Source: Antedon mediterranea
Lineage: Eukaryota; Animalia; Echinodermata
Length of the DNA: 64,000 bases
Reading direction: 5' to 3'
NCBI RefSeq assembly: GCF_964355755.1
Contig: NC_092676.1
Span: 30,088,871 to 30,152,870, forward strand
Shown here: piece after piece, positions 11,201 to 23,200 of the stretch
Layout of the letters: each line of letters starts with the position of its first letter
How positions within the stretch are numbered: position 1 is the stretch's first letter
Translations under genes and position numbers: made by a program
The notes under the pieces: model-generated
Told to the model about the DNA's origin: nothing
What the model saw: the letters and a program-made list of their open reading frames with translations, nothing else
Databases searched by the model: none

Positions 11201-14200
11201 CGTGAACACACTTTCACAATGTGACTCTGCAAAAAATGTGATGGAATTTTTCTAGAAACTGTTGAGAAAATGCATCTAAATAAAAGTCCAGGATCGGATG
11301 GATTAAGAGTCGAATTTTATAGAACTTTCTGGAATAAAATTAAACAAATTTTATGCAATTCTTTAAATTATAGTTACAATCAAAATAAATTATCCAACTC
11401 ACAGCGAATAGGAATAATAAATCTAATATTCAAATCAGATGAGAGAGAAAATTTAGAAAACTGGAGGCCAATTACTTTACTTTAACGATTACCGGTATAA
11501 AATTATGGCACACGCCCGTTCTAACCGAATGCACGACATTATTGGTTTGATAATAAGCAACGACCAAAAAGCATAAAAGGAAGTGTCGGCGGAGAAAATA
11601 TTAGACTAGTAGACGACTTACTAAATGTTACAAAAGATAAAAATATACCTGGTGCAATGATCTTTCTTGATTTTACTAAAGCTTTTGATTCCCATTGACA
11701 GAAAGCTAATGCTTAAAACACTTGAGAAGTTTGGCTTCGGCAAATAGTTCATAAAATGGATTAACTTAATGTATACTGATACACAATGTAAAGTGATAAA
11801 CAATGGTTGGCAGGTTAGACAAGGGTGTCCACTGTCTGCCTTATTATTTATCTTAGTTGCCGAAATAATGTCAATAAATATAAGAGCGAATACACTCTGC
11901 AAAGGCATCACACTACCAAGTACAGAAAATGCTTCAGATACAATTTTTAAAATTGCCCAATTAGCAGATGATACTGTAAATTTCACGCATGATGGACATA
12001 GCTTAAAATATTTTTTTGAGGAAATTCAAAAATTCTGTAACATATCAGGCTTGAAATTAAATAAAAATAAAACAAAAGGCATTTGGATTGGATCAAGCAG
12101 ATTTCTTCCACTTCCAAAGAAAGGAGACCTTCAGCTATGTGGGAATTATAGAACCATATCACTTATATGCCATGCAAGCAAGATCATGCTTAAAATCATT
12201 CTTGCCAGAATGACAAGGATACTGAGTGAAGAGATATCTGCATCACAAGCGGGATATATGAAACATCGTGGAACTCGTGATCACATCTTCAATCTTCAGA
12301 TGCTGATTCACAAATGTCTGGAAATGCAACAAGATTTGTTCATCTGTTTTGTAGACTAATCAAAAGCTTTTGACAATGCCAGATATAACCAACTCTGGTC
12401 CATCATGATGAAGATGGGGTTTTCAGAACATGTGATAGAGTTAATTAGATCAGCAATCGGCAGTAAGGCTTGAGTGAGGAACAACTGATTGGTTTACCAT
12501 TGAGAATGGCGTCCGACATGGCTGCATTCTTTCTCCAGCTCTGTTTAACATTTATACAGAAGACATAATGCGATAAGCTATGACAGAAGAATGGTCTGAA
12601 AGTTACGATCTGCTACACGTTGGAGGGAAAACTTTGGGTGACCAAGATATGCAGACGATGCAGCATTGATGTCGAAGTCAAGACCTGGCCTCAGCAGATT
12701 TGTTGACTCGGTGAATGAAGAAGGCATATCTCATGGTCTAAAAATGAATGCAAAAAAGACCAAAGTCATTACTGTTTCTTGGCAAGTGACAAATGAAGAC
12801 AAGCAGAGCATAGAAATAAGTGGATCCGCATTGGAGGAGGTTGACAATTTCATGTACCTTGGCGCCAGGATACAAGGAGATGTAGATAACACCAAAGAAA
12901 TCAGAAGCAGTTGACCATAGGATTGCAAGCTCTCACTGGGATGAAAAAGCTGTGGCGTGGACAAGATAAAGTGACCAAGTTGCACATTCTCAAAGCATGT
13001 GCCTTTCCAGTGGCCACATATGCCTGCGAGACCTGGGTACTGCGCAAGAGGGATGAAAAATTCATCACAGCCTTTGAAAACAAATGCTACCGAAGGAGCT
13101 TGCGAGTCCCATGGACTCAACACCGCACAAATGATAGCATAAGAAAGGAGCTTAGAGTATCAAATGATTGGTTGCTGCAGTATGTTAAAAAGCAGAAATT
13201 GTGCTATTTTGGTCACATTAAGCAGCAAGATGGAATAAAGAAGAGAGTGTTGGAGGCTTATATTCCAGGGAAGAGAAGAAGAGGAAGACCAAGATGCAAA
13301 TGGGAAAAGACTATAACAGATGTGTTTGGCTCTATTGAGCAAGCAAGTAGGATGACAGAAGACAGGAGATGGTTTCAGAATGCTGTTAGAGAAGCCACGC
13401 TCTGATCAGAGTTTGCTTTGACGACGACGACGAAGTCTCTAAAACTGAGCTGGGTCAAGCGTTTGTTGCTAAGCCCAGATCCTGAGAAATGGAAATTTAT
13501 CCCGAGACATTATAAATGTACCCAGAATGTACACTTAAGATTAGTAACATTAATACTGAAAATTATACAATTTTAAAAGATGTGTCAGTGTTCTATCAAC
13601 AATTATTAAAAGCTGTTGTGATTCTAAATAACATGTTAAGTACAGAACCACACACTGTAAACGAAATTAAATCTCAACAATTATGGGAAAAGTATGTAAC
13701 ATTGGATGGCAAATCAATGTACTTCTGCTCCTGATTCTGGTATCAAAACAATCAATGATATAATTGTTGGTAATGAACTAATAACATATCAAAGGTTTAT
13801 TCCAATGTTATGTAATACAAACAACGGGTTAATTGAATACTTTGCTGATATCAATGCCATCCTGAATCAATATAAATAAACCATCTACGTTTTATAGATA
13901 TCTTATTAATAGTAAAGTATCTATCCCAAAATCACAAGTGAAATGGGAACAGGAATTTGGTGTCGATTTAAATTGGCACACAATATGGTGTAATAAAGTT
14001 TTAAACATCAAATATATTGTAAAAGTTGCCCAATTCAACTTTAAATTGTTACACAGAATTATAGCATGTAGAAAAAATTTGAAACTATAGAAATTAGCTG
14101 ATAGTGATAAATGCCAAAAATGTAAAATAGAAAAACATATGCTTTATACATGTAATACAATTCAGCCAGTCTGGAGAAAGTTCGATTCAATGATTGTTTT

Positions 14201-17200
14201 AACAATCAAAGTTGTGTTTCGTTAACAGGAAAACACTTTTTTATAATAAAAAAGTATCTTGCGTTGTCATGTTTCTATTATTAGTTCTTTGTTTTTAATT
14301 TTAGTCAAACAGAATTACCTCGCAATAACAGCAGTGGCTGGGAAAATGTACTATACAGCTACAAAGATAGCCAACAACTCGGCCGCAATGCAGTTGTGTG
14401 ACACTCTATATGATGCGCATTTGCCTGTGTTTAAAACAAAAGAAGAAAGCCAACGTATGAAGGATATTCCACATGATTTACACAAATGGACTTGGTTGGC
14501 TTTGAACGATCGTGTTACCAATCGTGATTATTTCTGGACAACATATACCGATAACTACCCACTAACGTATTTTGATGGTAATGCTTTTATAGACTTTTTT
14601 TTTCATTGATATAATGATGTCAAAATGAAAAACAAAGGCTTGAGATACAGCCTCCTGATATTAATGATTAATATTATTACCGCATATAGCCACTATGCTC
14701 ACAGAACTTCCACACTTCTGTTCATCATTAGGTGCTTTCAGTCGATTTGTATATCGAGAATACGCAATTTGCGTATATCTCTATATCAATTCATGCTTTC
14801 AATTCACACAAATTACAATCCGTCGCGCATTTAACAACATTTCAATCTTCATCAAATCCGATAATTATTCACGAATTAACATAAATTCATTACACCAAGT
14901 GCGCCTGATAAACTGAATGTGTGCACAAAAAAGCTGCCCATTAAACAGTAAATGGAAACTGCAAGATATAATCTTGCGGATAAAATTGCCTTTTCAATAT
15001 TTCTAAGCCTCGCTTTTAGGTTTTGACATTTTGATGTTCATGCTAACACCAATCAGTGCAAACTACTGGATTAAACATACGTTAGGGCAATTTAGAGTCA
15101 CCATAACTTAAGTATGGCGGGCCAAACAGTCATTTAATCATTAACAAGAGTTCTTAGTTTTCAATAGAGATATCTCTATTAAAAACTAAGATATCTTAGT
15201 TTTAAATAGAGATATCTTATTATTCAAAAGAGATATCTTAGTTTTAAATAGAGATATCTTTATTAAAAACTAAGATATCTTATTTTTAAATGAGATATTT
15301 TCGTTATAGATACTAAGCATTAAGTCTAGTTAGTGCGATTAACATTGAGTCTTTATGTCGTTGACACAATGTTGACCGTCTTCGTCGATATTTCTATTGC
15401 TACTCGTTTTGATTATTTCTGCTATACCTACTCTTTTTAGCGTGGCAAGTGGGTGAGCCAAATGATGAAAATTATGGAAATGGCGAAGAATGTTGCTTTG
15501 CTTTGCCGATAGCCACATTCGGTGATATTTCATGTAAATGGAATTTGAGTATCGTTTGTGAAAAAGGTAAAGCGTAATACTATGGTATTTTTGTTTTGAT
15601 GTGTAAAGCTCTGTCTATACTATCAAACTAGTTTGACAAAAAAAGTGTGATATGGTGGTGATATGCCCAAATATGGGAGTTATAGGACATCATCATGTCC
15701 ATATATGGGCATAACACATTGTTTTGTCAAATGAAGTTTTTATAGTGTAGACAGAGCAGATGTGAATGAAATCGTAGTAATGTTCATGATGTAGTCTGTA
15801 AGGCGTGGTTCTCACTGGAGACGCAACACAAGGACGTACGCGCAACGCAAGCGAGTTGACCAATGACAAGCCACTGTTCGAATAATCCATCGCTTGTGAT
15901 TGGTCAAATTGCGTTACGTCCTTGCGTTGCGTCGCTAGTGGGAACCAAGTTTAACACAATCAATACTATATAGGTGGTCTTTGTAAATAATCACTGTATA
16001 TATCTTATATTACTAAACGTTATTATGATTATTGTGACTAAACAAAAAAAAAACAAAAAAAAACGTAATATTTATGATTTAGTAATATATTGGTTGAAGG
16101 TTTGCATGGCGAAATCAAATGTTGAGTTTGCAGTTCACCACATTGGTTCTGAAAAGAACTGTTGAATTTCTTTCAATTACAACTTTCTAGCTTTATTTTT
16201 GTTAAGCCTTATCTACACTTTATGTGACAAAAATGTGATGTGCTCATGTATGGACATGATGATGTCATATTAATACCATATTTGGGCATATCACTACCAT
16301 ATTTGGGAACATCACAATTTTAAACCCTTGTTTACCTCCGCTAAGGAGGTATATGTAATCAGTAGCGTGTGTTGGTTTGTTTGTTTGTTAGCAGGTTACT
16401 CAAAAAGTAATTACAAGATCTTATCAAAATGAATATACAGATAGATATGTGGTCAAGGACCATTCCATTAAATTTTGGGACCATTTGGACCATGATCTCA
16501 ATTCTGGACCACTTTTTGAGTATACTTTTCAGACCTGCTAGTGTTAAAAGACAGGACAGAATTTTTCAAAAGCCGGCGAGCAGTCTTAAAGTAAAAAGTA
16601 AACTGAAATTGCATTTTCTCGAGAACTACTTGTCCAAGTACTTTGTACAAGAGCCAAGAGTTATAATTTGTGATTTGTAATTTTAAAACATAATTTGATT
16701 TAATGTGCACGTTTTTTTATGCGAGTAGTTTAAAAAACCTATTTCTTTTCAAATTCACTCGTTTGATTTTCGCGTTGCTGTTCTATTGTTAGTCAACTGA
16801 AGCTATTGTTAATTGAAAGGCTTGTTACATAACCATTACACCAAACTCGCAAACACATGCTTGTAGTGAAATTAGCCTAAATCACAAACAGCATTAAGAC
16901 ACACACAAATATATATATATATATATTTTTTTTACCAGAGAAATCTTATGTAGGAGAATTTTACAGTAAGCGGAGGTATGCACTCTCGGAGTGGCTTTCT
17001 AGTTTAGTGTAGACAGAGCTTCAGGATACTTGCAAACGTCAATGTAAAACCATTTGTAAGACGTCGGGATCTACTGTAATTCAGTACTACTACACGTCGG
17101 GATCTACTGTAATTCAGTACTACTACACGTCGGGATCTACTGTAATTCAGTACTACTACACGTCGGGATCTACTGTAATTCAGTACTACTACACGTCGGG

Positions 17201-20200
17201 ATCTACTGTAATTCAGTACTACTACACGTCCATCTACTGTAATTCAGTACTACTACACGTCGGGATCTACTGTAATTCAGTACTACTACAATGTTTTGTT
17301 TATTTTTTAGTTGGAAGCCTTCCATTCAGCGATAAGCTGTATTACATCCTACCAGACATTGTACCGTTCTCCAACGCTTCTGCACTGTGTAAAGATCTTG
17401 ACGCCGATCTTCCAATTATTAAGACACAAAAGGAAAATGAGGCGATTCGCTCGATTGGACTTTCGTTTTGGTTGGCGTTAAACGATAACGATACAGAAGA
17501 AGAGTTTGTGTGGTCAACACGTATAGATGGAGATCAACAATTACGTAAGCGTTGGTTTTGATTCCCACTCAAGCTTGGTTCCCACTAGAACGTAACGCAA
17601 GGACGTAAACGCAACGCAAGCGTTTTGACCAATGACAAGCGGAGTTATAGACAGTTAGCAATCACAAGCGAATAAGCAATCGCTTGTGATTGGTCAATTC
17701 ACTTGCGTTGCGTTACGTCCTTGTGTTGCGTCGCTAGTGGGAACCACGCTTTAAGGACGTAACGCAACGCAAAGTGATTTGACCAATCTCAAACAGTGGA
17801 TTATTCGAACAACAGTCGCGTGTGATTGGTCAGCTCGTTTTGCGTTGCGTCTACGTCCTTGTGTTACGTCCTAGGGGAACCAAGCTTTAGGCGCAATGCA
17901 AGAACGTAGGCGCAACACTAGCGAATTGACCAATCACAAGCGAAAGTTATTTTCACGTCCTGCGCATCCTAGAGTGGGAACATAGTGGGAACCAGGGAAG
18001 AGTTAAACTCTCTTCCTTGGTGGGAACCAAGATTTAGAAGTCCCAGTTTTGCGTGCATGTGAAGGCCAACTCAGATTAAACACGTTGAATGACGAGCTAA
18101 AAACTATGCCCGACGCCATCTCAAGACGACTCGTCCAGTCGTGATTCAACTCAGACAGCACCGACGAGTCAAATTCAACTCATTCAGCACCGACGAGTCG
18201 AAACGTTTCGTCGGGCCTTGTTGTACAAGGCTGTCTGAGTTGGCCTAAATGGGTTTTTCCGTGACATCTTTTTTTATGCTTAAGTGCTGTTCATATTGCT
18301 AGACCGTGTGTATAGGCTTTGGACATAGTAGCCTAACTTGATAATTTTGAATTAAAGAAATGATTATTCTTTTTGCAGTCGGATGGAACTTGCTACCAGT
18401 TTCCGGTAATGGTATAGATAGAGACTGTACGGCGTATGTTGATGGACACTGGGAAATTGTCGATTGTGACGAACAATATACCGTATTTTGTGAAAAGGGT
18501 GAGTTAAGTTTTAGTATTATGCCAACACAAATGACTGTAAACAAGAAATGAGCTGGTAAAGGCCAACTCAGAGAGCGTCGTACGACGAGGCCCGACGAGT
18601 TGCCTTGTCGGGAGAAAATTAAACATGTTTAAAGTTCTTCTGACGACATAAAAACTACGCCTGACGCTGTCTGAAGACGACTCGTCTCGTCTCGTCGGAA
18701 TTCAACTCCGACAGCACCGACGAGTCAAGACGTTTCTTTCGGGCCTCGTCGCATGACGCAGTCTGAGATGCCTTAATACGATAACAATAAGAAACATCTT
18801 TGTTTTTATTGAGGTACTGTCGCCCTAGGCTCCATACTCTTTTGAATCAAACGTCAAATAGTAGGCCTATTTTCCCGTAAAGGCCAATTTACACAGACGA
18901 GCGGTAACGGTAAGCAGAAAACTGCGTAGCTTGTCCCACGTAGAATCTGTATCTATCCTGAGCGGAAACCGCCCGTCCGCTCTGCGTTGTGTGTAAATGG
19001 TCATAAAGCGTGGTTCCCACTAGCGACGCAACGCAATGACCTAGACGCAACTTAACCATATGCGTCACTGTTCGAATAATCCATCGCTTGTGTTTGGTCA
19101 AATCATTGTTATTCTCTTGATGTTTTTACTCTTTAAATTTATTTACTGTATTTATTGTATATTGTCAATACAAATATTATTTTGTCATGCGTCATCAGTG
19201 TGAATGATTTTCTTTGTACACACCAGCGGTCTGTCGTAGTTTCCTTGGGATGGAAGATAGCACGATACCTGATGAAAATATCTTGGTATCTAGTAACCCT
19301 GAACAAGCCATTCATAGTAGGCTACAAAGAACCGATGTAGGTTGGCGTGGTGCCAACTCTTCTTCGCAGGAGTGGATTCAAGCTGATCTTGGCGCTGATA
19401 AACTTGTCACTGGGACGATTCTACAAGGTTGTGACAATATGGAGTGGGTGACAAGTTACCATGTGAATTACAGTTCAGATGGTGTTCACTTTGAATATGC
19501 GATGAACGAACGAAATGGAGAACTAAGTATTCTGGTAAAATCTTATGTAGATATAGTAATATGTGATATTAATGTATTATTGTTTTATGCATCTATTGCA
19601 CTAGAGACGCAACGTAAGCACGTATGCGCAACGCAAGCACATACGCGCAACGCAACTGAGTTGACCAATAACAAGCCACTGTTCGAATAATCCATTGCTT
19701 GTGATTAGTCAAATCACATTGCGTACGTCCTCGCTTTGCGTCTTTAATGGGAAACAAAACTAAAATAACGAAATGCGAACAACGTGAATACAGTAGTTGA
19801 ATGCTAATTTTTAATTATTGAACTCTCAATCAAATTGACCCATTGTGGTTTCCTGTTGGGTGAGAAAAAGCAATGAATAAAAATAGATTAATAAATACTG
19901 TAATATTTTACGGTTTAAATTGTTTAAAGTTTGATGGAAATTTTGATCGTAACACGCCGGTGACGAATCTGTTTTATTACTCGGTCGTTGCTCGTTTTAT
20001 ACGTATTATTGCTGTGGATTGGCAGACTCAAGTCTGTATTCGCTTTGAACTTATTGGATGCAGAGGTAAGTTGTTATATTCATCAAAATAATGATTGTGT
20101 ATCTAATTGCGAAGGATATTAAAACATCCTCGATACGATCCTGATTATAGTTTTTGAATTACTTAAACTTAATACGGTACGTTAATTTATTTGCTTTTTT

Positions 20201-23200
20201 AAAATACAATATTAGAAATGGATTACTGTAGTTATTACTCGCTTTGTGAAAATGGTGCTGAGTGTGTTAATATGGAAAACACTTACAACTGTACCTGTCT
20301 GGATGGCTATTCTGGGAGAAATTGTGAAATTGGTAAAAAAAATCGTATTTACATGTGCCAACTATTATTAAAAACGCCCCCAAAAAAAAAAGTGCATTTG
20401 AATAGAAATCGACTTTTTGTTGTGCGTTATTAAAGTAACATTGTGCTTTCATTTATTTTGTTTTGGTAGTTGAGTCTACGACCACGTCTTTGACTACAGG
20501 TCAGTCTACGAGCACGTATTTGACCACAGGTCAGTCTATGACCACGTCTTTGACCACAGGTGAGTCTACGACCACGTCTTTGACCATAGGTGAGTCTACG
20601 ACCACTTCTTTGACCACAGGTCAGTCTACGACCACGTCTTTGACAACAGGTCAGTCTACGACCACGTCTTTTGACCACAGATAAGTCTACGACCACGTCT
20701 TTGACCACAGGTCAGTCTATGACCACGTCTTTGACCACAGGTCAGTCTACGACCACGTCTTTGACCACAGATAAGTCTACGACCACGTCTTTGACAACAG
20801 GTCAGTCTTTGACCACAGGTCACATATCGACAACGAACGAGGGGATGGTATCAACTGAACAAGCAGGTAATATTTGAATAATGAAATTAAAACGATTCTA
20901 AGATGTGTACAGCCTTTGAGCTTTTCCGTTGTGTGTACAAACACAATTCGGAAAACCCCAATTCTCAGTGGAAAGATTTTACTTGATAACCTGTTAATAA
21001 TTAAAAGCGAAATTTTGTAGTATCATAACAATTAGTACACTTAATTTTATTTTATTATAAGTGTACGCCTATTTTCTTTGAATATTACTATACAACTTTC
21101 TTTTATATTTTAGATAAACTAGAAGATCGTTCTACGTTATCGGTACGACGAATACCATACATAATATTAATTAATTAAAATGTAAATAAATCATTGTAAC
21201 GCCAAATACCGGTTCTCGTCAGATCACTGAAGTTAAGCAACGTTGTGCCTGGTTAGAGCTTGGATGGGAAACCATCTGGGAGTATCGGGTGCTGTATATT
21301 GAGCTGGGGTCCCATTAGGCATTTTAAATCAGCACTGCTGACTCTTATAGCAGCCCCTGCATCTAGTAGTAGTATCTGCCTCAGACGTATTGGCCCATGC
21401 CTTTCCTCTAGTCAAGATGTGCACTGGACGAGAGAAGCCCTTGATCAATTTTGGGACCAACCAAGGTGCTTTAAACAGTACATCCATCATTCAGATGAAT
21501 GTAAAACTAATTAGCATTGTCGTTCGCGACAGGCGTCGGCCATACACACACAGTAAAAGCTATGTCATGTTTCTTTTTTTTTTATTTTAGTGGTCTACTA
21601 GTGACTACACTTTTGTGTACATACCAAACGAGGTATTTGTAGGTAGAATGTTTTATGAGAAAGAAACCCAATTACAAAGTCTTCACAGTCTGGACCAAAT
21701 GCTGGTGCACGTGAAACATAACACAACATTCGAAAATATCTTCAATTTTGTGAAAGTATGATATTTAAATAATTATATTAAGAAAATAATATAATAGTAT
21801 AACAAAATATTAAAAAGTATTGTTAATTTTTGTCTCCCAAATATCTATTGGACCCCGTAGGAAACAATTTTTTTTTTGTGGTGATCGGCGGACATAGCTA
21901 ACTAGTTTTGTTTGTTTTATGTTCTTATATTTCTAAAAATATGATTTGATTTTTATAGAATGTTTTGACTGTTACGTCGACGTTGTTACCGTCTATTGAG
22001 GTAAGCATTAGCCTATGCAGTGTGTCGCACTTAAGCTCTGTATAAACTATCCAAAAAAAATGTGATGTGCCCAAATATGGCAGTGATACGCCAAAATATA
22101 GTGGTACGACATCATCATATCCATATATGGGAGCATCACATTTTGTTTTGATTGTATTGTGGGTTTTTTAATTGAATGGGTGCATTATATTACAACCCTT
22201 AATTTATCATTACAAAATCTGTAAATGTTGTAGGCCTAGAGTCTGCAAAGTTAATGTTTTATTTGCGCCATGTCTAAAAATCTATCTACACTATCAAACT
22301 TTACTTTTACTGATGATGTAATCTCTGTTTGTTGTTTTTTTTTAGAAAGAAGACGATACGTTTAAAATAGTTTCAATGAATGAAGTTTTATATAAAATCG
22401 CAGCTTCACTTTTGCCTGAAGATGATATAATTGAGATCGACTCCGAGTACCAATGTATGTATATACATCTATATTCTTAATAATGATAATATTTAATATA
22501 TCAAAGCAATCTTAACACAATATAACACATAGTTTTTTCAAATTTACTTAATTGACATTTACTTTTTTTTCAGTTGTGAATATCCGAAAGATTTCATCAT
22601 CCTCCTCATCATTCGATATTGAATTAGACGTAGACAGAGGGAATGATGGGGGAGGATGTAGTATTTCGATGTCTATTTCACTACCACTGATTCCGGGTCA
22701 GTACAGCTTGTATAACAATTAAGTACATGCTTTAACTCAGAATCTATTTCAGCATCTAAAACGAAGAAATTAAAATTATCTTTAATATTTTTTAGATGAC
22801 TTCTTAATTCTCGTCATTTTCTATCAAAACCGGCCATTATTTTATGGGACAACTGACTTAGAGTAAGTAGACTCATGGTAGACTTAAGGAACAACTTAAA
22901 TGAACTTATTCTTGGTCTGCCATTATTTAGTTAGTAATTACTGAATTGATTAGTTTGTTGTATGAACAATTTATATTATCAGTGTACACTCGTCGATTGT
23001 TACGGTAGTATCAAACTTTATTTGACAACAAAATGTGATGTGCCCATATATAGACATGATGATGTCATATCACTACCATATTTGAGTATATCACGACCAT
23101 ATTTGGGCACATCCACCAACCAAACAATTATTTATTATAATAGTAGCAATACACATTAAACAGCTTTACAAATGATACTTTAAACATGTTTAGGTCTGTA

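Noticed and set aside
20430-20708. Arg-rich protamine-like minus-strand ORF
   Set aside because: Antisense reading of the Thr-rich mucin repeat exon.
21191-21296. Functional 5S rRNA gene
   Set aside because: The 5' end is degenerate, there are several substitutions, no T-run terminator, and it is a single intronic copy. Better explained as a SINE head or pseudogene.
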